Positions 36,567 to 46,261 of a stretch of 53,427 bases of DNA are shown piece by piece. The stretch covers positions 1 to 53,427 of the IMG/VR virus record IMGVR_UViG_3300020045_001964; one strand, written 5' to 3'. Every line of letters begins with the position of its first letter. Position 1 is the first letter of the stretch. The translations under genes and the position numbers were made by a program. Below the pieces are notes generated by a model that ran no database searches, was not told the DNA's origin, and was given only the letters and a program-made list of their open reading frames with translations. The DNA is from a virus. Taxonomy: Duplodnaviria; Caudoviricetes.

Positions 36567-37230
36567 AGGTATTAGCGCAAACCTTAATGCGTTATTAGAT
36601 ACCATTGCATATGCAGAAGGTGTTATATCTAAATTGCATCCATTAACTAAAGACGATGGTTATGATGTAATTGTTACAGGCGTAGATGGTCCTGAAATTT
36701 TTACAGACTACACAAAACATCCATTTGCAGACGGTCGAAAATCTAAAGTTATAAACAGTAAAGGCTTAACGTCTAACGCTTCAGGACGTTATCAGTTTAT
36801 GCTTAAAGATTATAACCATTATAAAAAACTATTAAATCTTTTCGACTTTGGCCCAATATCGCAGGATAAATGGGCTATTCAATTAATTAAAGAACGTAAA
36901 GCGTTACCATTAATTGAAGCTGGTAAATTTGAGGAAGCTGTAAACGCAATTAGTAATCTGTGGGCATCATTACCCGGCGCAGGATACAATCAGCGTGAAC
37001 ATTTAATGTCGGATTTAAAAAATATTTATTTGGTGAAAGGTGGTAAAGTATGGGACTCGAAACCATTATCAGTATTATTATCGCAGCCATTACCGCAACC
37101 TTTGGAGCCTTCTTTGTCGGAAGGTATAAAGGTAAATCCAAAGCCGATACCGACAACCGAATTAAAGAAGCCGACGAACGTAGTTTCCGCATTATTCAAT
37201 CTAATAAAGAATCTACGCAAGCCCAAATAA
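36553..37230 (+). CDS. Endolysin, lambda R-like lytic transglycosylase
   Basis: LDTIA.AEG, S.ASGRYQ, DF.P.SQD..A, WASLPGAGYNQ.E. Confidence 0.92.
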   Translation: MARFKGISANLNALLDTIAYAEGVISKLHPLTKDDGYDVIVTGVDGPEIFTDYTKHPFADGRKSKVINSKGLTSNASGRYQFMLKDYNHYKKLLNLFDFGPISQDKWAIQLIKERKALPLIEAGKFEEAVNAISNLWASLPGAGYNQREHLMSDLKNIYLVKGGKVWDSKPLSVLLSQPLPQPLEPSLSEGIKVNPKPIPTTELKKPTNVVSALFNLIKNLRKPK

Positions 37231-37349
37231 AAGCTAGTAATAGCGCAACGGAAGTTAAAAATGAAATTATTAATCTTAATGATGGTGATGCTATTAATGA
37301 GTTGCGCAAACACTATGCCCGCGATTCAGACGGAAACAAAAGTAATTGA
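37050..37349 (+). CDS. Rz: Inner-membrane spanin
   Basis: N-terminal TM then helical periplasmic region; AAGGTGGT RBS. Confidence 0.75.
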   Translation: MGLETIISIIIAAITATFGAFFVGRYKGKSKADTDNRIKEADERSFRIIQSNKESTQAQIKASNSATEVKNEIINLNDGDAINELRKHYARDSDGNKSN

Positions 37350-37467
37350 TACTGCTTGTAATTGGGTTAGTTTAATTTCTATTTCAATTAAAGATGAATT
37401 CACAGACGCTACCGCTAGACAAGTATTAGCCCACAATAAACTGGTGGTAAAGAATTGTCCGAAATGA
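37261..37467 (+). CDS. Rz1: Outer-membrane spanin lipoprotein
   Basis: Signal peptide II lipobox LMSC; overlaps Rz; DTAC.W...HN motif. Confidence 0.8.
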   Translation: MKLLILMMVMLLMSCANTMPAIQTETKVIDTACNWVSLISISIKDEFTDATARQVLAHNKLVVKNCPK

Positions 37468-37493
37468 TGTTATATTCGGGCTAAGGCCCAACT

Positions 37494-37895
37494 ATGGATA
37501 TTGATAAAAATGACCCACGTTTAAAGGCTGCTTACGCGGCCTTTTTACTTGATTCTGCTACTAATTATGAAGCAGCTTTCAAGCTATACCCTGCTGAAAA
37601 AGACCGGGGTGAAGCCTTGCGCATTGCGTTTGCATGGCCGAATGATCCTGTTGTCATTTTGGAAATAGAGCGGTTGCGTAAAGACGGTACTAACAATAAA
37701 GACATTCCGACCAAAGAAGAAATGATTGCCGAAATGTGGCGATTAACTCAGAATGAAAAAGTTGCACCTAAAGACCGTGCCACTATGGCTAGACTTGTTG
37801 CTGAAATGTTAAGTTTCATTCCTAAAGTTACCGACGGTAGCGAAACGTCTAAACGTATGCCTACTGCACCAATTTATAAGATTGTAAATGAATAA
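37494..37895 (+). CDS. terS: Terminase small subunit
   Basis: Directly upstream of and overlapping terL; helical. Confidence 0.6.
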   Translation: MDIDKNDPRLKAAYAAFLLDSATNYEAAFKLYPAEKDRGEALRIAFAWPNDPVVILEIERLRKDGTNNKDIPTKEEMIAEMWRLTQNEKVAPKDRATMARLVAEMLSFIPKVTDGSETSKRMPTAPIYKIVNE

Positions 37896-40401
37896 TGTTT
37901 TTGATAGAAATAAGGATTACTTCGATGATCCTTTAGAAGCTGCAATAACCGAAATATTTGCAGCGTATTCCAGATTACTACAACCATCGCGTTTTAAAGT
38001 TGCGTATGGTGGGCGCGGTTCAGCTAAGTGTTTAGGCAAAGGTACTTTAATTTTAAAATCCGACGCAAGCCTAATAGCTGTCGAAGATATTAAAGTTGGT
38101 GATATGTTAATGGGTCCTGATGGGTGGCCGCGTACTGTATTGAGTTTGGCCCACGGTGAAGCTGAAATGTATAAAGTTACTCAAACCACAGGCGTTTCTT
38201 ATATTTGTAACGATGAGCACATATTAGTTTTAGAACGTTCAAATTCAAGCATAACCGACTACGGCTCTTTTAGTGCGACTGGTAACCCACAAAGACCAAA
38301 CGGCAGGTATTCACATTATGATACGGGTAATGGCTATTCTTTAATAACTGCTAAAGAATATCACGAAAAGTCAGAGCGATTTAAATGTCACCATTTTGGA
38401 TTTAGACGCGCTATTGTCGGTAGAGAAAAACAACTACCCGTTGACCCATACTTGTTAGGGTTGTGGTTAGGTGACGGTTCATCAAAAGCGCCAGAAATAA
38501 CAACGATAGATCACGAAATCGTCACATACTTAGAAAATATCGCAGCCTCCAATAATTGGGAACTAAAAGTTATTAAAACTGCAAATAGAACGAATAGATA
38601 TTATTTAGGTTCTAACTATGACAGAAACGATAACTTTAGAAACCAACTTAGGTTGGCAAACGTTTATAAAAATAAGCACATACCCGAAATTTATTTTGGC
38701 GCCTCGATAAAACAGCGGCGGTCGTTATTGGCAGGTTTAACCGATACTGATGGGAATGTTAAAGACGGTTGTATTGTAATAAGTCAGGCTAGGGAACATT
38801 TGATAGACGATATAATAAGATTAGCTCATGGGTTGGGGTTGAAAGCAAGTAAAAAATTTATGCTTGCCAATTGCAATGGTGTAGAGTGTGATGCTTGGCG
38901 TACACATATCGGCGGGGATATTGATAAAATTCCATTGTTAATTGAAAGAAAAAAACTAGGTGGTATTGTAAATAAAAATAAAGATTGGCGTAAAACTAGG
39001 ATTGACGTAGAACCTATCGGAAAAGGTGAATATTTTGGATTTGAATTAGATGGTGATCGTTTATTTATGTTGTCCGATGGGACTGTTAGCCACAACACTC
39101 GCACGTTTGTAACTATACTTTTAAATAACGTGCAGTATTATGGTTGGCGATTAGCTTGCTTCAGAGAAATCATGAAGTCATTAGACGATTCGGTATTTCA
39201 AGAATTTGTTGATGAAATAGAGCGTGGTGGGCGTAGCGAATATTTTAAAATTATTAAAGGTGCAATTAGTTGCCCTTTATCTGGTGGGCTGATTAGGTTT
39301 GATGGTTTATTTAGAAATCAGCAAAAGCTAAAAGGTTATGCGGGTTTTGATGCAGCATGGGTAGAAGAAGCTGAATCAGTTACCGCTGAAAGCTGGAAGT
39401 TTTTAATTCCTACATTGCGTAAAGATGGGTCAGAAATATGGGTTTCGTATAACCCCGATGATCCATTATCAGCTACTCATACAATGTTTGTAACTGACTG
39501 TAAATACCCAAAAACAGTTAAAGATAAAGATGGTAAAGAACGTGCGTATTGTGTCGTATTAAAAGTTAATTACACTGAAAACCCTAGGTTTCCTGAAGAA
39601 CTTAGAATAGATATGGAATTAATGAAAGAAAACGATTATGAACTTTATTTGCATGTTTATGAAGGTGAACCCGTAGGAAATAGTGATTTGGCAGTTATTA
39701 AGCCTATGTGGATAGCTGCTGCTATAGATGCCCACATAAAGCTAGGGATCGAGCCTACAGGGGGTTGGATGGCAGGGTTTGACGTTGCTGACGAAGGTAA
39801 AGATAAAAACGCATTTGTTTGGCGGCATGGGTTTGTTGTACGCGGTGCTGAAGAATGGAAAGATGAAGACCCTAATACAGCTGCACGTTTTGTATTTATG
39901 AATTCTCTTAAAATGGGGATGGATACTGTCACTTACGATAACATTGGTGTAGGTGCTGGAGCTAAAGGTGCGATACGCGAAGAAAAGAAAAAGTTATCAA
40001 TTAAAGTAAAAGCACCACAGTATCGCGGATTTACGGCTAACGAATCACCGCTAAATCCTGATGCTGAATATATGCCGGGTAAAACAAATAAAGATATGTT
40101 TGTGAATTTAAAAGCACAAACATGGTGGTTAGTTCGTGATAGATTTAAAAATACATATGACGCAATAGCGGGTAAGCCTTATGATCCAGCTAAATTAATC
40201 AGCTTAGATTCAACAATACCTTCTGTGGGCAAATTGGCTGCTGAATTGGCGCAACCTAGACGCGATTTGCAAAATGGTAAAGTTATAATTGAATCCAAAA
40301 AAGATATGAAAAAGCGCGGTGTAATGTCGCCGAATTTAGCTGATGGCTTGGTTATGGCATTTGCACCCGAATCTGGATTCAAAATAGAAAACTTAATTTA
40401 G
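37888..40401 (+). CDS. terL: Terminase large subunit with intein (spliced product about 481 aa)
   Basis: YGGRGSAK^T Walker A, WVEEA Walker B, SYNP, GFDVADEG.D, SPNLAD. Confidence 0.95.
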   Translation: MNNVFDRNKDYFDDPLEAAITEIFAAYSRLLQPSRFKVAYGGRGSAKCLGKGTLILKSDASLIAVEDIKVGDMLMGPDGWPRTVLSLAHGEAEMYKVTQTTGVSYICNDEHILVLERSNSSITDYGSFSATGNPQRPNGRYSHYDTGNGYSLITAKEYHEKSERFKCHHFGFRRAIVGREKQLPVDPYLLGLWLGDGSSKAPEITTIDHEIVTYLENIAASNNWELKVIKTANRTNRYYLGSNYDRNDNFRNQLRLANVYKNKHIPEIYFGASIKQRRSLLAGLTDTDGNVKDGCIVISQAREHLIDDIIRLAHGLGLKASKKFMLANCNGVECDAWRTHIGGDIDKIPLLIERKKLGGIVNKNKDWRKTRIDVEPIGKGEYFGFELDGDRLFMLSDGTVSHNTRTFVTILLNNVQYYGWRLACFREIMKSLDDSVFQEFVDEIERGGRSEYFKIIKGAISCPLSGGLIRFDGLFRNQQKLKGYAGFDAAWVEEAESVTAESWKFLIPTLRKDGSEIWVSYNPDDPLSATHTMFVTDCKYPKTVKDKDGKERAYCVVLKVNYTENPRFPEELRIDMELMKENDYELYLHVYEGEPVGNSDLAVIKPMWIAAAIDAHIKLGIEPTGGWMAGFDVADEGKDKNAFVWRHGFVVRGAEEWKDEDPNTAARFVFMNSLKMGMDTVTYDNIGVGAGAKGAIREEKKKLSIKVKAPQYRGFTANESPLNPDAEYMPGKTNKDMFVNLKAQTWWLVRDRFKNTYDAIAGKPYDPAKLISLDSTIPSVGKLAAELAQPRRDLQNGKVIIESKKDMKKRGVMSPNLADGLVMAFAPESGFKIENLI
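38029..39096 (+). mobile_element. Intein 3 (356 aa) with LAGLIDADG homing endonuclease, in terminase Walker A
   Basis: Starts CLGKGTLIL, ends VSHN, followed by Thr; GLWLGDG and LAGLTDTDG. Confidence 0.93.
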
Positions 40402-40410
40402 GATATTAAA

Positions 40411-41799
40411 ATGGCTACGCGACAAAAAATTAGAATTGATAGCGGTTATATGAATGCGCTAGTTCCTGGCGGTCGTACTCGCATGGGAAACTATAGTTCT
40501 GAAATGATGGCAGGCTCTGCACAGTTACCGCAAACTGTATTGCAGTCTATGTATATTCATAACGGTTTTGCGCGCGTTATATGTGATACGCCTGCTGAAG
40601 AAATGATGCGTGCAGGATTTGAAATTGAAGGTTTACCGGAAGAAACCGAAGAATTGGTAATGTCGCGTTTAGAGGAACTAGACGTTGTTAGACATTTTAA
40701 TGAAGCGCTTAAATGGCAGCGTGCTTTTGGTGGCGGTTTAATTGTTTTAGGTTTATCGGACGGTGGTAATCTTGAAAAAGAATTAAATGAGGATCGCATA
40801 AACGCTGTTGAATTTATGAGGGTTTATGATCGATTTGAAGCGTTAGCTTACAGCCGATATGCTGATCCAAGTAACGCCAAATACGGCAAAATTGAATTGT
40901 GGCAAATATCGCCTAAAACTGGCGGTGCTAGTTATTTAGTACATGAAACTAGAGTTTTAGTATTTGATGGTGAATCAGTACCTAATGATGTTCGTGTTTT
41001 AAATCAGGGATGGGGTGCTTCTGTAATTCAGACCTGCTTTAAAGAACTTATTCGTTTGGATAGTTCTCACAAATGGGCAGGTTTAATGCTTGAACGTATG
41101 CAGCAAGCTGTGCATGGTATACCTAATTTGTCTGACCAAATTCAAGACAAAGAAGGTGAAGCAAACGTAACTAAACGTATCAATATTGTTGATACCGTGC
41201 GCAGCGCATTAAATACGGTTGTGATTGATTCGTTAGAAACTTATGAAATTAAATCTGTTAGCTTGTCTGGCGTTAAAGACATTGTAGAAGGGCATGGTGA
41301 GGCTTTAAGTGCAGTCAGCCGCGTGCCTACCTTTATTCTCATGGGGCGCACTGTAGGCGGTTTGGGCGGCAATGGTGACTCATCTAAAAAGGGATGGGAA
41401 GCGCAGATTGAATCCTGGCAAAATAATAGCGTACGTAAACCATTAGACCGCTTGGTTTCGTTTGTTTTGCTGGAGGCTAGCGAAGGTGCTACCGATGGTG
41501 GTAAATATACACTTAAATTCAAACCACTTTCTAAAATGAGTGATTTAGAAGAAGCTGATGTTGAATTGAAAAAAGAACAAGCCAAAAAAGCTAACGCCGA
41601 TACTCTTGCAGTTTATGTGAATATGGGCGCTATGGACCCTGACGAAGTTCGTGATGAAATTCGTGAAGAGTATTCATTAGTTGGTGATGCGCCTGAGCCT
41701 GAAGCCGAACCAGTTGCACCAATGGTACTAAATCAAGGTCAAAAGCTAGTTGACCCTATAGCGGGTGAACATAATCCGGCACCTGTGGGCAAAGCATGA
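40411..41799 (+). CDS. Portal protein (DUF1073-like)
   Basis: Position after terL; D.PAE.M.R.G, R.FGG, GWG.S, P...L.G...GG motifs. Confidence 0.88.
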   Translation: MATRQKIRIDSGYMNALVPGGRTRMGNYSSEMMAGSAQLPQTVLQSMYIHNGFARVICDTPAEEMMRAGFEIEGLPEETEELVMSRLEELDVVRHFNEALKWQRAFGGGLIVLGLSDGGNLEKELNEDRINAVEFMRVYDRFEALAYSRYADPSNAKYGKIELWQISPKTGGASYLVHETRVLVFDGESVPNDVRVLNQGWGASVIQTCFKELIRLDSSHKWAGLMLERMQQAVHGIPNLSDQIQDKEGEANVTKRINIVDTVRSALNTVVIDSLETYEIKSVSLSGVKDIVEGHGEALSAVSRVPTFILMGRTVGGLGGNGDSSKKGWEAQIESWQNNSVRKPLDRLVSFVLLEASEGATDGGKYTLKFKPLSKMSDLEEADVELKKEQAKKANADTLAVYVNMGAMDPDEVRDEIREEYSLVGDAPEPEAEPVAPMVLNQGQKLVDPIAGEHNPAPVGKA

Positions 41800-42653
41800 A
41801 AGTTTGGCTAAAACCAAGTAATTACGAAAGGCGATATTCTCGCCTATTTGTAAAACTTTTAATTGAATTTAAAGCTGAAATTTTAAATCAATTAAAAATA
41901 GTTAAACAACGTAAAGATGATAATGAACCATTAGAGGAAGATTCTAATGATATTGATTATTTAATTGCCGCACTTTTATTGTGGTGGCAATCTCGCAGGC
42001 GAACGCTATATGTAAATTTTAGCGGTTATTTTAATGAAGTTAATAATTTTAATGATAACCAATTTAGATTGGTTATTAAAAGTATAACAGGATTATCCAT
42101 ATCGCCTAACAAATTGGCACTATATTCACCAACTACACTAGTTAGTCAAACTGAAAGTTTATTTAAATACTTTGGTGAATCTGCCGATATTTATCGTGAA
42201 GAGTCATATTTAAAACCAATTCGTGAAAATTGGGAAACTATTCAGCAAGTTTATATAGATAAAGTTATAAATGAGTCAATATCGAACATTGAATTAGCAG
42301 CGCGTAATGCTGTTGTTAGTGGTGTGACTAGAAAAGGTTTATTAGGAATAATCGATAAACTTTTAGATACAACGTCTAACCGTGTTGACAAATTTGCAAA
42401 AGATCAAATTAATAATTTGGATACACAGTTAACTACTAATAGGCAACAGTCTTTAGGTTTCGATGAATATATATGGATAACTCGCAGAGATGAACGAGTA
42501 CGTGGTAATCCTAACGGTATATATCCAAAAATGAAACCATCACACTTTCATCGTGATAATGTCATATTTAAATGGTCTAAACCGCCTGAAGGTGGTCACC
42601 CAGGACAAGCGCCCGGATGCCGCTGTACGGCCCAAATAAAACCAAGAAAATAA
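41796..42653 (+). CDS. Head morphogenesis protein (MuF/SPP1 gp7-like)
   Basis: Y.W.T..DERVR...H...F.W..PP..HPG....CRC. Confidence 0.88.
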   Translation: MKVWLKPSNYERRYSRLFVKLLIEFKAEILNQLKIVKQRKDDNEPLEEDSNDIDYLIAALLLWWQSRRRTLYVNFSGYFNEVNNFNDNQFRLVIKSITGLSISPNKLALYSPTTLVSQTESLFKYFGESADIYREESYLKPIRENWETIQQVYIDKVINESISNIELAARNAVVSGVTRKGLLGIIDKLLDTTSNRVDKFAKDQINNLDTQLTTNRQQSLGFDEYIWITRRDERVRGNPNGIYPKMKPSHFHRDNVIFKWSKPPEGGHPGQAPGCRCTAQIKPRK

Positions 42654-42695
42654 ATATTTTCACAGTGCCCACAAATAGGTTATATACTCGCGGCT

Positions 42696-43760
42696 ATGTC
42701 TAAATTGCGTTTTGATTATGTCGAGCTAAAGGTCGAAAAGACCGATGAGGGCTATCTAATAGATACGCCCAATGTCGCCCGTACTGGGATTTTAGAATAT
42801 CGTAATGATGATGGGTCTATTCGTAGAGAATTGCGTTTACCTGAAGATGTATTTCATGAAGATTCATTGAATAGTTTTAAAGGTAAACCAATTACGGTAG
42901 ATCATCCCAAAGGTCTAGTTGGTAAATCAAATGTAGATAAATATCAAGTCGGTACGATGTTATCCTCCGGTCGTAAAGACGGCGATAATGCTAAAGTTGA
43001 TATTGTTATTCACCAATCTGACAAAATCGGTGATCGTCGGCAATTATCGTTAGGATATAATGTAGATTTAGAAGAAACACCCGGCGAATGGAATGGGCAA
43101 AAATATGACGCAATTCAGCGTAACATTAGAGTTAATCATTTGTCGGTAGTTAAAAGCGCCCGCGCAGGTGCGCAAGCTCGTTTGAATATGGATTCAGACG
43201 AAGAACCTTTATTAATGGAGCTAGTTAAAATGCCTAAAATTCGCTTGGATTCCGGTATTGAATACGAAGCCGCACCAGAAGTTATCGTTGCAGTTGAAAA
43301 ATTGCGCGCTGACTCGCAGGCGCTGGCCGATGTAATCAAGACCAAAGATACTGAATTGACCACTCTTAAAGCTGCTAAAGATACGCTACAAGCGCGTGTT
43401 GATGGTTTGCCCGCTGAGATTGAAAAAGCACGTAAAGATGCCGCTGAATTGCTGGCTAACCGTGCTAAGTTGGAAGTTGTAGCAACTCGGTTTAAGATTG
43501 ATTCCAAGGATAAAACCGACGATGAAATTAAACATGCTGTTATTAAAACTTTCAATAAAGACTTTGATCCTAAAGATAAGTCTACCGATTATGTGCAAGC
43601 CTGTTTCGATATTGCATTTAGTAATTTCAAAACTGATGCTATGCAAAGTCAACGCCAAAGTGTTAACGGTGCCCCAGTTATTAAACTGGATGCTGCCGAA
43701 GATTCGTACGCGCAATATCGTAAAACTTTAGGTTCTAACGGCGTAAAAGCTAAGGAGTAA
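42696..43760 (+). CDS. Prohead protease/scaffold (DUF2213-like)
   Basis: ARTG...Y, SF.GKP.T..HP, LS.GY, NHL.VV..ARAG; coiled-coil C-terminus. Confidence 0.88.
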   Translation: MSKLRFDYVELKVEKTDEGYLIDTPNVARTGILEYRNDDGSIRRELRLPEDVFHEDSLNSFKGKPITVDHPKGLVGKSNVDKYQVGTMLSSGRKDGDNAKVDIVIHQSDKIGDRRQLSLGYNVDLEETPGEWNGQKYDAIQRNIRVNHLSVVKSARAGAQARLNMDSDEEPLLMELVKMPKIRLDSGIEYEAAPEVIVAVEKLRADSQALADVIKTKDTELTTLKAAKDTLQARVDGLPAEIEKARKDAAELLANRAKLEVVATRFKIDSKDKTDDEIKHAVIKTFNKDFDPKDKSTDYVQACFDIAFSNFKTDAMQSQRQSVNGAPVIKLDAAEDSYAQYRKTLGSNGVKAKE

Positions 43761-43762
43761 TT

Positions 43763-44236
43763 ATGCAAACTGTTTACACTCAATATAATGACGAACTGCA
43801 ATTGGGCCATATTGCAGACACGTCTTTGCGCCAAGTTGATAGCTTTTTGGCACAAGGCTCTATAGGTATCGCTAAGGCTGTTGTGCGCGGTACTGATACA
43901 CAACGACAAGTCGTGCAAGCCGGTACTGGTGCTGGTCAAGGTGCTTTAATTATCGGTGTTACGATTCTGTCGCAATCGGTAGAGCAAACTACCGCAGGTT
44001 TAGTGCAATATGCAGATAAAGATGCTGTATCAGTCATGCGCAAAGGTCGCATTGTGGTTCAAGCAGATTCTGCTGTTGTTGCCGGTGCAACTGCTAATTT
44101 TATTTTAGCTACTGGTAATTGGGATGATACCGCCGTAGGCGCTGGTGTTGAAGCTACCCCAATGCTTAAAGCACGTTTCATTACAGGTACTACTGCCGCC
44201 GGTTTGGCTGTTATTGAAATTCACAATACTAACTAA
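43763..44236 (+). CDS. Capsid decoration/cement protein
   Basis: Between scaffold and MCP; V.V.R.G.I.V motif. Confidence 0.75.
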   Translation: MQTVYTQYNDELQLGHIADTSLRQVDSFLAQGSIGIAKAVVRGTDTQRQVVQAGTGAGQGALIIGVTILSQSVEQTTAGLVQYADKDAVSVMRKGRIVVQADSAVVAGATANFILATGNWDDTAVGAGVEATPMLKARFITGTTAAGLAVIEIHNTN

Positions 44237-44249
44237 TTAGGGGGTTATT

Positions 44250-45215
44250 ATGCCAACTCGTTTTGATGAAGATTTTAGCGCCATTCAAGCGCAAACGCAC
44301 ATTTTGCACATGGATGCAAATGAGACTGTATTCTTTGCACGTCAACTGGAATACATTCGCCCTAAGATTTATGACGTAAAGCGCCCATTGCTGTCGGCAT
44401 TAGCTACTTTCCCGATTGATTCTACAGTTCCCGAATGGGCTGAAACTGTAACGTACACCATGTACGATGCAACTGGTGTAGCTAAAATCATTGCTAGTTA
44501 TGCTGATGATTTGCCCATGGTTGGTATCAACGGTAAACAGTTTAGCTCTAAAGTTAAGTCTTTGGGTGATGCTTATGGCTGGTCTACTGCCGAAATCCGT
44601 GCCGCCGCTGCAACCAATACCCCATTGACTTCCAAGTTAGCTACTATGGCTAAACGAGGTCATGATATTGCAGTTAACAAAATTGCATGGTTTGGTGATG
44701 CTGCTGCTAATTTGCAAGGTTTCTTGACTAACGCAAATATTCCACTGTATGTGGTTCCTGCCGATGGTACTGGCGCAAGCAAACTGTTTAGCACTAAAAC
44801 ACCTGACCAAATTTTGCGCGATATGAATGGAATTGTAAATTCTGTTTATGTGCAATCTAAAGGTGTTCACCGTGCTGGTGAATTGTGGTTGCCATTGGCA
44901 CAACACGCATACATTAAAAACACCATTCGTGGTAGCAATAGTGATGCGACTATCTGGAAAGTTTGGACAGATGCCAATCCCGGCATTGTTGTAAAACCCA
45001 TTCTCGAATTGTCGGCTGTTGCTGCGTATTCCGGTTTAGATGTTATGGTTGCAATCGAAAACAGCTTAGAAAATCTGCAATTGATTCTCCCTATGCCTTT
45101 CCGTGAGTATCCCCCACAAGCTGAAAACTTGGCTTGGAAAGTTCCGTGTGAGTCTCGTGTTGGTGGTGTGGTGATCGAATATCCATTTGCAATGGCTATT
45201 GCAACGGGTATTTAA
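44250..45215 (+). CDS. Major capsid protein (DUF2184-like, HK97 fold)
   Basis: ARQLEYI, G.A..I...ADDLP, GD......GFL; 321 aa. Confidence 0.9.
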   Translation: MPTRFDEDFSAIQAQTHILHMDANETVFFARQLEYIRPKIYDVKRPLLSALATFPIDSTVPEWAETVTYTMYDATGVAKIIASYADDLPMVGINGKQFSSKVKSLGDAYGWSTAEIRAAAATNTPLTSKLATMAKRGHDIAVNKIAWFGDAAANLQGFLTNANIPLYVVPADGTGASKLFSTKTPDQILRDMNGIVNSVYVQSKGVHRAGELWLPLAQHAYIKNTIRGSNSDATIWKVWTDANPGIVVKPILELSAVAAYSGLDVMVAIENSLENLQLILPMPFREYPPQAENLAWKVPCESRVGGVVIEYPFAMAIATGI

Positions 45216-45224
45216 TTTTAACAA

Positions 45225-45266
45225 ACCTCTTAGGTGCTCACTGTGGGCATTTAAGAGGCTTATTTT
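45225..45266 (+). terminator. Long hairpin after MCP containing a CTGTGGGCA copy
   Basis: CCTCTTAGGTGCTCA-CTG-TGGGCATTTAAGAGG. Confidence 0.6.
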
Positions 45267-45277
45267 AGGAAATTATA

Positions 45278-45547
45278 ATGGCTAATGAAGAAATTAAGAC
45301 TTTTAACGTATATAACAACAGCGTTCGTCTTATCCATATTGGCGGCGTGCAAATTTTGCCTGAAACTGTGGTTTCTGTTATTGATGATGTTGGTGGTATT
45401 AACCGGGCTGATGTTGATAGCTGTGAATTTTTGGAATTTACAGATCAAGACGAAACTAACGAACCTAAAGAAGCTGTAAAAGCTAAGCCTAAAACCGCTG
45501 CAAAAGTAACTAGCGCTACTGGTGCCAGTTGGTCTAGCAAGGGTTAA
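45278..45547 (+). CDS. Hypothetical virion-associated protein
   Basis: AGGA RBS; after MCP. Confidence 0.65.
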   Translation: MANEEIKTFNVYNNSVRLIHIGGVQILPETVVSVIDDVGGINRADVDSCEFLEFTDQDETNEPKEAVKAKPKTAAKVTSATGASWSSKG

Positions 45548-45551
45548 ATAA

Positions 45552-45926
45552 ATGACGCGCTTAGAATTGTTTCGCCAGCAAGCACCAGAATTTAATGGTT
45601 TGACAGACGAATCTGTTAATGCTTGGTTTTCTAGCGCGTTAATTTATATGGATAGTTATTTATCCAGCATTTCATCGATTAAATTAGATTTGTCGGTTGC
45701 ATTATATGCTGCTCATTTATGCTGGATAAATAAATACCCAGCTAATAGTGGGGCTAGTCGTGGTCCTATTATTAGCGAAAAAGATGATAAACGCGAAAAA
45801 AAGTATCAAGCTATTAAAGATAGCGATACATGGTTACAGCAATCCCCATATGGGCAAAGTTTTTTTAATTTAACTAAACTTGGCACTAATTCACGCTCTG
45901 CTATTTTAACTAGATTTGGAACTTAA
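45552..45926 (+). CDS. Head-tail adaptor (DUF4054-like)
   Basis: FR...PEF, LYAAHL, QSPYGQ.F. Confidence 0.8.
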   Translation: MTRLELFRQQAPEFNGLTDESVNAWFSSALIYMDSYLSSISSIKLDLSVALYAAHLCWINKYPANSGASRGPIISEKDDKREKKYQAIKDSDTWLQQSPYGQSFFNLTKLGTNSRSAILTRFGT

Positions 45927-45927
45927 T

Positions 45928-46260
45928 ATGCCAGGAACTTCCCGCGTAAAATTACCATTATGTACTGACATTACGACTACTGGCGCACAACCTAGCGTAA
46001 GTCTTTTTGGTTATGAAATTTACGATGCCGCATTTCAGGCTACTGTAGTTGGTACTGGCACAGTTTCGGCTACTGTACAAATTGAAATGTCTAATGACAA
46101 TATTGGATGGTTGGTTGATTCTACTTCCACATTAACGTTAAGCGGTACCACTGTTGCTAGTAATGGTTTTGTATCTAGTGGACCGTGGCAATATGCGCGT
46201 GCAAATATTACTGCTATTTCTGGCACTAATGCTAAAGTGACCTGCACGGTAGGGGGTTAA
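45928..46260 (+). CDS. Small beta-rich virion protein (possible head-fibre adaptor)
   Basis: G.G...ATV.IE.SND...W...W.Y.RAN.TAISGT pattern. Confidence 0.6.
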   Translation: MPGTSRVKLPLCTDITTTGAQPSVSLFGYEIYDAAFQATVVGTGTVSATVQIEMSNDNIGWLVDSTSTLTLSGTTVASNGFVSSGPWQYARANITAISGTNAKVTCTVGG

Positions 46261-46261
46261 C

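Noticed and set aside
40411-41799. Anti-CBASS Acb1 label sometimes attached to this family
   Set aside because: Position and size identify it as the portal; no separate HxT phosphoesterase domain seen
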